From Antedon mediterranea (taxonomy: Eukaryota > Animalia > Echinodermata), in the NCBI RefSeq assembly GCF_964355755.1, contig NC_092676.1:5743888-5807887 (forward strand): a stretch of 64,000 nucleotides of DNA, given 5' to 3'. Both the position numbers and the translations under genes were made by a program. Shown here piece by piece: positions 12,435-26,135 of the stretch; positions within the stretch are counted from its first letter, which is position 1; the number at the start of each line of letters is the position of its first letter. A model generated the notes under the pieces. That model ran no database searches. It was given only the letters and a program-made list of their open reading frames with translations, and had not been told where the DNA came from.

Positions 12435-13449
12435 TCACAATGTATTAAGTGGAATCTGTACAACTGCCGGTTGACGCACTTTGCACTTAAACATATATAC
12501 AATTGTGTAAAGATAAGGATTCACTGAGGAGTTGATGGGGATGATGAATGTCGCCGCCCAAACATATATGTCATCAGGAATCGTCATCCAACTCATCTCA
12601 GAACCAATTGCCATTACTATAATCGGACCCCAGCAACAGAAATCTGTGAAAACTATTAAGCCCAGTTTTCTCGCCATTTTCAACTGTTCTTTCCTCATCT
12701 GTCGTCTATTGACAGTGGCCCCCGATCTCTTAACCGATAAGAAGATCACGAGGTAGCTCACTGTTATTACAATGAACCCGATTCCGTTAAATACAACAAA
12801 CATGGCGACTGCATACTCCCAGCCTTGCCAATGACTTTTTGTCAGAGGTAGTGCGAGGCACACACTCTCTTTGCCATAGTAATTATCTCCAAAATATGAA
12901 ATATCTGTTATTGGAAGAAAACTCAGCACAATCCAAAATAGCCATGCCAAGCCGATAATGCTTCTACATTTTGTACGATTGAGGCGTTTTGTACTAAATG
13001 GATTAACAATGTTAATAGCTCGATCCACACTCAGCAGCATCAGTGTAAACACTGAGCATTGCCCAGAGATTGTAGAAATTGCCCCGGCAAAGCTGCAAAG
13101 AAAACTGCTCTTCCAATCCCTTGCAGCTTTAGCATACCGTCCACGATAGTGTATGTCCGCACTCGCAATGATGATCAAGTAGACTGCCATTAGCAAGTCG
13201 GACACGGCAAGATTAGTAATGAGTGTGGTCTGGACCTTATTTACATTGTTACCTAAATCATTATCCTTTTTGAACTTTCGTGATATGATGACAATCAAAT
13301 TGCCAATGACTGATGACACCCCAATGATCATCATCAATACACGGAGAACATCGCTTTTTAGCAAGTCTTCACAAGAAGCAAATGCATCAACGGGTTCGCA
13401 GACATCAATGTCACCAACAAGGCAACACAGACGAGAGAAATCGGAGTAC
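12435..13449 (-). CDS. Paralog B terminal exon: LGR type-C hinge plus rhodopsin-class 7TM domain
   Basis: Acceptor CTTAG| at 13450. YSDFSRLCC...CEPVDAFASCEDLL hinge, NLAVSDLLM (TM2), SVDRA (DRY-like), CLALP (ECL2), FTDFCCWGPI (TM6), PINSSVNPYLY (NPxxY). Intact to TGA. Confidence 0.93.
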
Positions 13450-14031
13450 CTAAGAGAGTAAAGTAACAGCAAATGTATGTGATCAGTTACTTTTTTTAAA
13501 GCCCAAATTGTTACTCTTCGAAAATTCGAGGATTTTCAGAATAAATTTATTTGATATAAAGATTGCGGTACACCACGTATATTAGTTCTGAAAAGATCTG
13601 TCGAGTTTCTCTATGTTACGATGAATCTGCGTATGATCGTCCTCATGAGTGGGAGGGATTGTGGGAGGGATAATATAGAAGAGCAAACATGATATAAACA
13701 TTTGATTTCGCCATGCAAACCTTCAAACAATGTAAATTTATTTGTAACTTTCGGATAAATTATGAATAATAAGATACTATTCGTGTATAATTATATAGCA
13801 TAATAATACAGCGAAGATAAACATGCCTTAGATTGTAAATTAACTAGTAATTTTAATATATTTATTTAAATTGAACATAATTAAAACATTTACCATATTC
13901 AATTTATCAAATTTAACTTACTTAACTAATTTGACATTCAATAAAATTATTTACTGTACATATAGCAATAAGAATAAAACAGTAGCTGCATAAGTTTGTA
14001 TGAGCATCTCTCATACTTTTATCATACTTAC

Positions 14032-14103
14032 AATTCTTTTAAATTGTTCAGTTCTTCAAAAGTTCTATCTCTGTAATTCTGTAAGTTGTTCTTTTGTAAC
14101 CAT
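14032..14103 (-). CDS. Paralog B last (divergent, non-array) LRR exon
   Basis: 72 nt, AG|...|GTAAG, WLQKNNLQNYRDRTFEELNNLKEL. Nearly identical to 36357-36428 in C. Confidence 0.85.
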
Positions 14104-15544
14104 CTATAGGATAACATATTAGAAATAAATTAAGAATAGGCTAATACATTTTGAAAAAAGTAAAGTTTTCAAACTATGGTTTATGTATGCTTTTCTTGAA
14201 GAAAATACATGAACTATGTATATTTTAACTGTTATGAATCCTCTTTATCTTTATCTTTGAATTTGGTCTGTATATTTTTGTATTGTTTTTAAGAGGGCCT
14301 CTTCAAGTCAGCTGTACTGCTGTAGTACTGTTAGAGCTACCCTTGTAAAACAAATTTGAATGAATAAATAAATATATTCATATTTTATTTATCTGTACAT
14401 AACACTATTCTAAATTCAAGACCCCTGGTGAAAACCAAATACACTTTATTTGTTTACTTGTTTGGAAGTTTTCCATTCAAATTCAGTGGTTGAATACATC
14501 CTTTGTGTTCGAAGTTCTTATTATTATTGTATGTTTATATAAATAAATTAAATTATTTTATTATTTATTTAAAAACAAATTCAACGAAAGAATCAATATG
14601 AGTCAAAATACTTACAGGTGTGTCAGTGCTGTCAATCTATCAAATACATTGACTGGCAATGTACTTATTTGGTTGCTGTTTAAACTCCTTCAAAATAAAA
14701 GAAAGGTACAGTAACAACTACAATATTCAAGTTGTTTGAAATGTCAACTTTTATTTTCAAAATACATTTTGAATGATTGTAATAGTCTTTCAGTCAATGA
14801 TAGGGACATAATCTACATAGTAAGTGCTGATAAGTATTCTCTAATTAGGCAAAAATTAACTGTTAAAATAATAATGTGTTATTCTCATTATCACGAATTC
14901 TATAGAAAATTCTAAATATTTATCATCTTAATGTATTTATCATTTTTATGTATTTAATTAAATCTCTTTAAATAATGATCAATGAACAATTATTGATAAT
15001 CTTTAAAAAATGAATAGTTTATTAATAATGGTTAAATAATGTTACTGCATAATATTCAGTATTATAAATTATTTTATTATTTATTTAACAATAAATTAAA
15101 CGAAGGAATTTATAAGAGTAAAATACTTACAGTAATGTCAGTGCTGTCAATCTATCAAATACATTGACTGGCAATGTACTTATTTGGTTACTGCCCAAAA
15201 ACCTTCAAAATAAAAGAAAGGTACAGTAACAATTACAATATTTAAGCTGTTTGAAATGTCAACTTTTATTTTCGATATACATTTTTTAATTATTTCTATA
15301 GTCTTTTAGTCAATGAGGGTCATTATCTACATAGTAAATGCTGATGAGTATTCTTTAATTAGGCAAAAATTAACTGTTAAAATAATAATGTGTTATTCTC
15401 ATTATCACAAATTCTATAGAAAATTCTTAATATTAATTATCATCTTAATGTATTTATCATTTTTATGTATTTAATTAAATCTATTTAAATAATGATCAAT
15501 GAAGAATTATTGATAATCTTTAAAAAATTAATAATTTATTAACA

Positions 15545-17272
15545 AAAATTTTTCCTGGACAAATCAGACGATTGATTAATAAACTAAAGTCAAAGAAGTC
15601 TAGTCACCCTGATGACTTGCCAATTAAACTTATAAAAGAATTCGCCTTTGAAATTGCTACCCCACTTGCCCATATTTTTAATTGTTGTCTTAATGAAGGT
15701 GTATTTCCCGAGTTATGGAAGTTAGCAACAGCCATTCCTGTTCCAAAAGTTCCTAATGTGACATCATTTCAAGACCCCAGGCCAATTTCACTTACCCCCA
15801 TCTTTGCCAAGTTGTTTGAGTCATTCCTTACTGATTGGGTGACTAGTGACATTCATCAACATTTAGATATTAAACAATTTGGTTGCCGTAAAGGCTCATC
15901 TACTAGCCATTATCTTGTGGACATGATTCAGTCTGTAATTAGTGATATTGAAAAAGGTGATTCTTTTGTGGATATTTGTGCCGTTGATTTTACGAAGGCC
16001 TTCGACCGAATTGACCATACGGTCATTGTTAGAAAGCTTGTCGACATCGGAGTGAGAACATCTATTATTCCCACCATCTGTAGCTTTCTGACGGATCGTA
16101 AAATAAATACTAAACTTAGTTCATCCTTTTCCCCTTATGCCAACATCACATGTGGGATTCCACAGGCTACAAAGCTTGGGCCAATTTTGTTTCTTATATT
16201 AGTCAATGATATCTCTATGGAAGGCTGCAGATGGTGGAAGTATGTTGATGATCTCACTCTTGGTGACACTGTTAAACATGGTAATGCCCCTAAACTTCAA
16301 TCTTGTCTTGATGACCTTACTGAGTGGTGTGATACAAATCACATGGTCCCTAAACCCTCTAAGTGTCATATCATGAGAGTTAATTTTTTGAAAAGAAATA
16401 TTCCCCCTCCTAATTATTACCTTAGCGGTACAACACTTAATGTGGTTTCGTATATAAAGCTCCTTGGACTTATAATCCAGGATGACTTGAAATGGGATAA
16501 TAATGTCAGTGACATGGTAAAAAGAGCATCCAAAAGGTTGTATACGTTATATATCCTTAGAAGGGCCAATGTACCAGTTCATGATATGATATCCGTTTAT
16601 GTTTGTTATATTCGCCCAATCTTAGAATACGCCTGCCCTGTTTGGCATGGAAGCATCAATAAGGCCCAAATGTCGACCATTGAAAGAGTGCAAAAGAGAG
16701 TTTTACGTATTATTCTGGGTCCCGCTTTCCTTACGTATGATTCAGCTCTTGAGCTTACTGATATGACCACTCTCGCATCCAGACGAGAGACGTTGATTCA
16801 AAAATTTGGAGAAAGGCTCTTGAAATCGGAATTGTACAGAACTATTTTGCCCGACTACCGCATTATTAATAGAGAGCTTAGATCAACCACGGTAGATAAA
16901 CCCCTAATTAATATACCTGTTTGCAGAACTAACCGTCTTAAGACTTCGCCTGCCCTTACCATAAGTAGAATCCTTAATTCAAACAGTACCTGATCACGCT
17001 GAAGATGGCTATGTTATAAATATTTACATATATTGGCCTATGCATTTGTATATAAATTTTGTAATCTTTTTAACATAACATAATTTTATTTTTTTAACTG
17101 ATTTTTTCAAATTTTTTAATATTTTGTATAAATTTTTGTATTTTTTTAAATGTTTCTGTTTCCATATATTTATATATATATTTTTGTAAATCAACAATTT
17201 CAGCCTTCGGGCTGCATGTTTTTTATTGTATAAACCTGAATAAATAAAATAAATAAATAAATAAATAAATAA
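15545..17272 (+). mobile_element. 5'-truncated non-LTR retrotransposon (LINE, CR1/L2-like group) in an intron of paralog B
   Basis: RT ORF 15572-16993, T-rich 3' UTR and (TAAA)n tail at ~17238-17272. The host intron consensus is interrupted at ~15542 and resumes at ~17380. Confidence 0.9.
15572..16993 (+). CDS. Reverse transcriptase (LINE ORF2 C-terminal part)
   Basis: 473 aa with RPISLT, QFG, DFTKAFD, GIPQATKLGP, YVDD, KLLG and RPILEYACPVW motifs. No endonuclease domain (truncated). Confidence 0.93.
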   Translation: MINKLKSKKSSHPDDLPIKLIKEFAFEIATPLAHIFNCCLNEGVFPELWKLATAIPVPKVPNVTSFQDPRPISLTPIFAKLFESFLTDWVTSDIHQHLDIKQFGCRKGSSTSHYLVDMIQSVISDIEKGDSFVDICAVDFTKAFDRIDHTVIVRKLVDIGVRTSIIPTICSFLTDRKINTKLSSSFSPYANITCGIPQATKLGPILFLILVNDISMEGCRWWKYVDDLTLGDTVKHGNAPKLQSCLDDLTEWCDTNHMVPKPSKCHIMRVNFLKRNIPPPNYYLSGTTLNVVSYIKLLGLIIQDDLKWDNNVSDMVKRASKRLYTLYILRRANVPVHDMISVYVCYIRPILEYACPVWHGSINKAQMSTIERVQKRVLRIILGPAFLTYDSALELTDMTTLASRRETLIQKFGERLLKSELYRTILPDYRIINRELRSTTVDKPLINIPVCRTNRLKTSPALTISRILNSNST

Positions 17273-17382
17273 AGGCCAACAGCCATAAGTTGCGTAATAA
17301 AATGCATAGTGATACCGGACCGACAGACCGACAGACCGACCGACCGACATAGGGAACTATAGAGTCGCGTCCACGCGACTAA
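17272..17382 (+). mobile_element. Short Helitron/HINE-like element with (GACC/GACA)n core and terminal hairpin
   Basis: aaggccaacagcc...gaccgacagaccgacagaccgaccgaccgac...tagagtcgcgtccacgcgactaa (stem agtcgcgt/acgcgact). Confidence 0.55.
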
Positions 17383-20300
17383 TAATGGTTAAATAATGTT
17401 ACTGCATAATATTCAGTATTATAAATTATTTTATTATTTATTTTAAAACAAATTAAACGAAGGAATTAATATGAGTCAAGATACTTACAGCTCTGTCAAT
17501 GCTGTCAATCTATCAAATACATTGGCTGGCAATGTACTTATTTGGTTACCCACCAAATCCCTTCAGAGTAAAAACAATGTACAGTAACAATTACAATATT
17601 TAAGCTGTTTGATATGTCAACTTTTATTTTCGAAATACATTTGGAATGATTGTAATAGTCTTTCAGTCAATGATAGGGACATTATATACACAGTAAATGC
17701 TGATGAGTATTCTTGAATTAGGCAAAAATTAACTGTTAAAATAATAATGTGTTATTCTCATTATCACAAATTCTATAGAAAATTCAAAATATTTATTATC
17801 ATCTTAATGTATTTATCATTTTTATGTATTTAATTAAATCTCTTTAAATAATGACCAATGAAAAATTATTGATAATCTTTAAAAAATAAATAATTTATTA
17901 ATAATGGTTAAATGTTACCGCATAATATTCAGTATTATAAATTATTTTACTATTTATTTAAAAACAAATTCAACGAAGGAATCAATATGAGTCAAAATAC
18001 TTACAGGTGTGTCAGTGCTGTCAATCTATCAAATACATTGGCTGGCAATGTACTTATTTGGTTCCAGTTCAAAGTCCTTCAAAATAAAAGAAAGGTACAG
18101 TAACAACTACAATATTCAAGTTGTTTGAAATGTCAACTTTTATTTTCGAAATACATTTTGAATAATTGTAATAGTCTTTCAGTCAATGATAGGGACATTA
18201 TCTACAGTAAATGCTGATAAGTATTCTTTAATTAGGCAAAAATTAACTGTTAAAATAATAATGTGTTATTCTCATTATCACAAATTCTATAGAAAATTCA
18301 AAATATTTATTATCATCCTAATGTATTTATCATTTTTATGTATTTAATTAAATCTCTTTAAATAATGACCAATGAAAAATTATTGATAATCTTTAAAAAA
18401 TAAATAATTTATTAATAATGGTTAAATGTTACCGCATAATATTCAGTATCATAAATTATTTTATTATTTATTTAAAAACAAATTCAACGAAGGAATCAAT
18501 ATGAGTCAAAATACTTACAGGTGTGTCAGTGCTGTCAATCTATCAAATACATTGGCTGGCAATGTACTTATTTGGTTACTGTACAAATACCTTCAAAATA
18601 AAAGAAAGGTACAGTAACAATTACAATATTCAAGCTGTTTGATATGTCAACTTTTATTTTCGAAATACATTTGGAATGATTGTAATAGTCTTTCAGTCAA
18701 TGATAGGGACATTATCTACATAGTAAATGTTGATAAGTATTCTTTAATTAGGCAAAAATTAACTCTTAAAATAATAATGTGTTATTCTCATTATCATAAA
18801 TTCTATAGAAAATTCTAAATATTTATCATCTTAATGTATTTATCAATTTTATGTATTTAATTAAATCTCTTTAAATAATGATCAATTAACAATTATTGAT
18901 AATCTTTAAAAATGAATAATTTATTAATAATGGTTAAATAATGTTACTACTATTATGAATTGTTTTATTATTTATTTAAAAACAAATTTAACGAAGGAAT
19001 TAATATGAGTCAAAATACTTACAGGTGTGTCAGTGCTGTCAATCTATCAAATACATTGGCTGGCAATGTACTTATTTGGTTACTGTACAAATACCTTCAA
19101 AGTAAAATAAAGGTACAGTAACAATTACAATATTCAAGCTGTTTAGAATCTCAACTTTTATTTTCGATATACATTTTTGAATTATTTTGTATAGTCTTTC
19201 AGTCAGTGATAGAGACATTATCTACATAGTAAATGCTGATGAGTATTCTTTAATTAGGCAAAAATTAACTCTTAAAATAATAATGTGGTATTCTCATTAT
19301 CACAAATTCTATAGCAAACTCTAAATATTTATTATCATCTTAATGTATTTATCATTTTTATGCATTTAATTAAATCTCTTTAATTAATGATCAATGAACA
19401 ATTATTGATAATCTTTAAAAAATGAATAATTTATTAATAAGGGATAAATAATGTTACTACTGTTATGAATTGTTTTATTATTTATTTAAAAACAAATTAA
19501 ACGAAGGAATCAATATGAGTCAAAATACTCACAGGTGTGTCAGTGCTGTCAATCTATCAAATACATTGGCTGGCAATGTACTTATTTTGTTACTGTACAA
19601 ATCCCTTCAAAGTAAAAACAATGTACAGTAACAATTACAATATTCAAGTTGTTTGATATGTCAACTTTTGTTTTCATATACATTTTTGAATTATTTTAAT
19701 AATCTTTCAGTCAATGATAGGGACATTATCTACATAGTAAATGCTGATGAGTACTTTTAATTAGGCAAAAATTAACTGTTACAATAATAATGTGTTATTT
19801 ATTATCACATTCTATAGTAAATTCTAAATATTTATTATCATCTTAATGTATTTATCATTTTTATGTATTTAATTAAATCTCTTTAAATAATGATCAATTA
19901 ACAATTATTGATAATCTTTAAAAAATGAATAATTTAATAAGTATGATTAAATAATGTTACAGCTTAATATTCAGTATTATGAATTATTTGATTATGTATT
20001 TAAAAACAAATTACACGAAGGAATTAATATGAGCAAAATACTTACAGTTCTGTCAGTGCTGTCAATCTATCAAATACATTGGCTGGCAATGTACTTATTT
20101 GGTTACGCCCCAAATCCCTTCAAAGTAAAAATAATGTACAGTAACAGTTACAATATTCAAGCTGTTTGATATGTCAACTTTATTTTTCATATACATTTTG
20201 AACTATTTTAATAGTCTTTCAGTCAATGGTAGGGACATTATCTACATAGTAAATGCTGATGAGTACTTTTAATTAGGCAAAAATTAACTGTTACAATAAT

Positions 20301-21719
20301 AATGTGTTATTTATTATCATTCTATAGTAAATTCTAAATATTTATTATCATCTTAATGTATTTATCATTTTTATGTATTTAATTAAATCTCTTTAAATAA
20401 TGATCAATTAACAATTATTGATAATCTTTAAAAATGAATAATTTATTAATAATGGTTAAATAATGTTACTACTATTATGAATTGTTTTATTATTTATTTA
20501 AAAACAAATACAACGAAGGAATTAATATGAGTCAAAATACTTACAGCCATGTCAGTCCTGTCAATCTATCAAATACATTGGCTGGCAATGTACTTATTTG
20601 GTTACGCCCCAAATCCCTTCAAAGTAAAACAATGTACAGTAAAAATTACAATATTAAAGCTGTTTGTCAACTATTATTTTCATATACATTATGTTATCGT
20701 CTTTCAGTCAATGATAGGGACAAAAATCTTCATAGTAAATACTGATGAGTATACTTTAATTAGGCTAAAATAAAGTGTAAAAATAAGAAAGTTTTATTCT
20801 CATATAAATACAATTTTTATAGGAAATTCTAAATATTTGTTATCATCTTTAATGTATTTAATAAAATAATAATTAGATCTCGTTAAATAATGGCAGATCG
20901 AGTAATTATTTTTATTATCTTTAAAAAGGAATAATTTATTTATAATGGTTAGATATGTTAGGCCTATATTATTACTCATTCTGATTGAGAGGGTTACACT
21001 ACTATAAGAAAACGAATTGTGCATGTCGTAGGGCCCCTCGGAAGAGCAGTTTTTATATTATTTCTACCCTACTGAAAGAAAACGAAATAAATAATTAATA
21101 AATATGTGGTGCACTCTCTCCGAACTAGTATTTCTTCCCTTTCCGATTAATAGTATATTGTACAAAATAAGACAGCTCAAAATGACGATAGTCGGTTTCA
21201 TTGCAATGAGTATCGACGTGTTCACGTTTATATTTATTTTTCGTTTTACAAACATTGAGATAACAATTATCTTCATCTACATCTTCTACTCCTCCCCACT
21301 GACTGTATCTGGAATAACACGTATTTTATAAACAATTGTCTAGGCATTGACCGCGAACCAGATAAATAAGTGTGAAATTTCTAGAAAACTAGATGTATTT
21401 CAATTTTGTTTTACCATTAAAAATGATCGGCATTATCCAGCAAGCTATTTCACGAAAACTTATTCAAAATTGTACATATAGAAACTGCTATCATCCATAA
21501 TTAAATAGTGATCAAATACAATGGTTTTTATCTTTATGGAAAGTGTTTATGTGCTCATCATTTTTTCTCAAACATTCTGTTTCTGCCTCTGTTCCATTTT
21601 ATTTCATTATAGCCTCACAACTGGGACTGCGATAAGATATTGTTAACAATATAGGAACTTGACCTTACCTCAGTCACAGAAAGAAAATCGTATTACCCAT
21701 AAAACACTGAACCGGAAAC

Positions 21720-22127
21720 AAAACTAAGATATCTCTATTAATAGAGATATCTCTATTAATAGAGATATCTTAGTTTTAAATAGATATCTCTATTAATAGA
21801 GATATCTCTGTTAATAGAGATATCTCTATTAATAGAGATATCTTAGTTTTAAATAGATATCTCTATTAATAGAGATATCTCTGTTAATAGAGATATCTCT
21901 ATTAAAAACTAAGATATCTTAATTTTAATAGAGATATCTTAGTTTTAAAAGAGATATCTCTATTAATAAAGATATAGAGATATCTCTGTTAATAGAGATA
22001 TCTCTATTAAAAACTAATATATCTTAGTTTTAAATAGAGATATCTTAGTTTTTAATAGAGATATCTTAGTTTTTAATAGAGATATCTCTATTGATAGAGA
22101 TATCTTAGTTTTAAACTAAGATATCTT
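21720..22127. repeat. Palindromic AT-rich satellite (AGAGATATCTCT / TATTAATA units)
   Basis: About 20 copies of self-complementary agatatct cores spaced by tattaata or tagttttaa. Confidence 0.88.
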
Positions 22128-23082
22128 TATTTCCGAATAAATGACAGCTTGGCGCGCCATAAAAATGATCAAATAACAACTTTCGTAGCGTACTTATATA
22201 TCGGTCGTAGTAGACACCATTTATAATTGTAAATAGAGCAAGCAACAGAAATAATCGATAATATAAACAGTGAAGGTGTTTCCCTGGTAGGCATACCAGG
22301 CCTCCTATAGTAACATTGAATCGCACCTAAATTTGATTAAATGATTAATAAATAGCATAAATAATTAGTTCAATTAGCCTCCTATAGTAAAATTGAATCG
22401 CACCTAAATAGCATAAATAATTAGTTAAATTGATAAAACAAATTGTATTTCACGTAAAGTAAAGGCCTTTATAATTGATTAGTTGAATATCTAAAACAAA
22501 TAAATTGTAGTTCACGATCGATTCAGTTGAATCGCTAAATTTACATTGTAGTTCACGTAAAAGTAAAGGCCTTCAATAATAGTTAAATTACTAAATAAAT
22601 TGTAGTTCACGTAAAGTAAATTTCTTAAATCAATATAACTGATTAGTTAAATATCTAAAACAAATTAATTGATTAATTAATTAATTAATATTTTGTATTT
22701 AATATTGAATGTCGCCACCAACGGCCATGTTGCCGGAAGTGACGGACCCGGAATCCCGTTGAACAGCGCGAGTGTGTGAAAACAAAATAACCCTGTGATA
22801 TCCACAAATTTCGATAGGTTACGCAAAATTTTGTCGTTGTAAAAGATAAAAATGGAACAATAGCGTAGTACTGAAAACAATTTTATCAAATCTACGTTTC
22901 GCGGTACATCTAAGATAGATAATGTAGGTATCCAAGGCGGAGATTTGTACGTCAGAATTAACCATAATTTATAGGCCTATATAGATAAAATGAATATTAG
23001 CAAAACAATGTAGGCCTACAGTACAAATTGCAATATTCATTTTGATATGTCAACTTTTTATTTTAAATTTTCTTTTTTTTTT

Positions 23083-23146
23083 GACGACGACGACGACAAC
23101 AATAATAATGATGATGATGATGATGATGATGATGACGATGACGATG
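23083..23146. repeat. Compound trinucleotide microsatellite (GAC/AAT/GAT)
   Basis: gacgacgacgacgacaacaataataatgatgatgat... Confidence 0.9.
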
Positions 23147-24060
23147 AATATCCTTTTAAATAATGCCCAAGGATCAATTATTATTATTTTTAATTAAAAA
23201 AAAAGAATAATTGTTGAATATTTTACAAATGATTTAAAAAATATATTGATGATGTATTGATCACATAATGAAATGATACAATGCATACAATTCATATAAA
23301 TTATCTATTTAAAAAATAAATTAAACAAAAAATTAAATATTGCACCCCTTAAACAATTTAAAAAAAAAAACATGTTGTTGTTGAATATGCCATTTTAATG
23401 TCAATAATAATAAAAAATTCTTTTTTTATTTATCCTCATTTTTTATGGTTTTTGGAGCACAATACATATTTAATAATTAATATGAGCAAAATACTTTCAG
23501 TTTTCTCAATTTATTGATAATGTTATTTTACTAATGCTTTTAAAATCTTTACTGTTTGTATAAATGTTTACATTATAAGATGATTAAATGTATATCATAC
23601 ATTATTATAACTTAATATATTACCGTATTTCTTTTTAAATCAAATTAAACAAAGAAATTAATATGAGCAAAATACTTACAGCCATGTCAATGCTGTCAAT
23701 CTATCAAATACATTGGCTGGCAATGTACTTATTATGTTATTCCTCAAATACCTTTAAAGAAAACACAATGTACATTAACAATTACAATATTCAAGCTGTT
23801 TGATATGTCAGCTTTTATTTTCGGTATACATTTTTAATTATTTTTATAGTTTTTCAGTCAATGATATTTTCTACAGAGTACATGCTGATGTGTATATTTT
23901 AAGTAGGCAAAATAAAGTGTGTTAAAAATATAAAGTATTAATAAAAAAAAATAATAATAATAATAATTAATATAATCATTATTATATATTTTAAAATACA
24001 TATTATATATATTTTTTATTCCATTTTAAATAATAAATGAAATGTTTGCACGGAAAATAA

Positions 24061-25722
24061 CTTACTTCTAGAATTTTTACTCGATGGTATATACAGTTGG
24101 TTCGTACTTTCGGTACTGATTTTAACCACCTGATGTAACCCTGTTTACTAATTAAATTGAGTTAGATAATTAGTTATTGACGATTAAAACGAATTTAGGT
24201 TCAACGATTTGCCCCAAATAGGGGTGTTTTCCAATCGTGGTATACATTGTCTAATGAATGTCCATGGAAAAATACCCGCATACAATAATACGAGGATGAT
24301 TCGCATTTTCCTATCTCCTCCTACGATAATTGTTTTTAATGGCTGAAAACGGGTTGAACAGCTCGAGTACAGTATCATAATGTTGAAGACAGGCCGATTT
24401 TCTTTAAAAAATACTATTTTGATAGATTTAAACGTTTATACAAATGTATTGATTTGCGATGAATGGAACATTCCAATCTCTGTTCGACAAGTTTTTCTCT
24501 GTTCCACAAGTGTCTATTCCCTCAGGCGTCGTAAAGGCAAGTACTGTATACTCATAACAGAAATTCGATCCATTTTTTTTTTCAATCTGTACTGCAGAGG
24601 TTGGAGATAGATTTTTTTAACGGATAATGAGCTAGCGTTTTCAGTCGCCCTATATTATGTACAAATCTTTATTATTGCAGTTAAACCACCCACATCATCA
24701 CCCTTCCCTCACTGGCATGAGTAGTAGTAGTAACTAATTAAGTTGAGTTAGATAATTTAATATTTATTGACGATTAAATCGAATTTATGATTTGCCCCGA
24801 ATGGAGGTGGTTTTCACAAATTGTTTTACATTATAAACATATACACGTCGTAGTGATGTATCGTTACATGTATACGTAAGGGCAAAATTCGGTAAATCGC
24901 GCCTTACTTCTAGAATTTTTACTCGATGGTATATACAGTTGGTTCGTACTTTCGGTACTGATTTTAACCACCAGATGTAACCATGTTTACTAATTAAATT
25001 AAGTTAGATAATTAGTTATTGACGATTAAAACGAATTTAGGTTCAACGATCTGCCCCAAATAGGGGTGTTTTCCAATCGTGGTATACATTTTCTAATGAA
25101 TGTCCATGGAAAAATACCCGCATACAATAATACGAGGATGATTCGCATTTTCCTATCTCCTCCTACGATAATTGTTTTTAATGGCTGAAAACGGGTTGAA
25201 CAGCTCGAGTACAGTATCATAATGTTGAAGACAGGCCGATTTTCTTTAAAAAATACTATTTTGATAGATTTAATATACGTTTATACAAATGTATTGATTT
25301 GCGATGAATGGAACATTCCAATCTCTGTTCGACAAGTTTTTCTCTGTTCCACACACAAGTGTCTATTCCCTGAGGCGTCGTAAAGGCAAGTACTGTATAC
25401 TCATAACAGAAATTCGATCCATTTTTTTTTTCAATCTGTACTGCAGAGGTTGGATATAGATTTTTTTTAACGGATAATGAGCTAGCGTTTTCAGTCGCCG
25501 TATATTATGTACAAATCTTTATTATTGCAGTTAAACCACCCACATCATCACCCTTCCCTCACTGGCATGAGTAGTAGTAGTAACTAATTAAGTTGAGTTA
25601 GAAAATTTAATATTTATTGACGATTAAATCGAATTTATGATTTGCCCCGAATAGAGGTGGTTTTCACAAATTGTTTTACATTATAAACATATACACGTCG
25701 TAGTGATGTATCGTTACATGTA
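24061..25722. repeat. Direct tandem duplication of a ~0.81-kb segment (offset 842 bp)
   Basis: 24061-24872 matches 24903-25722 with few differences. This explains the duplicated short ORFs 24184-24378 and 25026-25220. Confidence 0.92.
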
Positions 25723-26135
25723 CTGTACACTTTGAATCGACTAGGACGGTGATAGTTTCAACAAAGTATTACATCGCAATGTTTTACTGTGTTTAGTGGT
25801 ATATTATTTGTAAAACATGAAAACAATTAATATTTCCTTACTAAATGGATAAAGAATATATTTAAAAATTGTTCCTCCTTGCACCCATCCTCTTCCCCAT
25901 CCCTCAACCCTAATGCCACATACAAAACACAACTTATTAAGTTTGTTTAAATTTGACTTAAACAATTTTAAACAGTTTCTCTTGCGGAAGGAATTCCCAG
26001 GGTGCTAATTTTAGTTGAGTACATAAATCAAAGTGTCTATTTATTCGTTCCTGCGGTACGTACATTTGAAATCGCCAATTTTTTAACGCTGAAATTATTA
26101 TGTATTCAAGAACCATCTGTGGGCACGACCTAGAA

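Larger units (their letters stand above)
14545..20960 (-). repeat. Tandem intron+LRR-exon array of paralog B (~510-bp units, interrupted by a LINE)
   Basis: Nine 72-nt exons here plus one at 23680. Motifs in transcript order: YLRN, DLGR, DLGR, DLYS, YLYS, YLYS, TLNW, DLVG, FLGS, SLNS. Confidence 0.92.

Noticed and set aside
12532-13461. Plus-strand ORFs overlapping the 7TM exons (also 34992-35927)
   Set aside because: Antisense shadows of the GPCR coding sequence.
13450-13472. 345-aa and 300-aa ORFs as intronless single-exon GPCRs
   Set aside because: The ORF starts are TTG codons. A conserved acceptor precedes the hinge in both paralogs and is in phase with upstream LRR exons.
15572-16993. 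RT as a dedicated diversifying enzyme for the LRR cassettes
   Set aside because: It is 5'-truncated with no ATG start or endonuclease domain, inserted antisense in one intron of the probable pseudogene. Nothing links it mechanistically.
24066-24140. Possible replacement exon 2 for paralog B (AG...GT bounded, 75 nt)
   Set aside because: It has stop codons in the needed phase, no cysteine pattern, and is part of the duplicated foreign segment.
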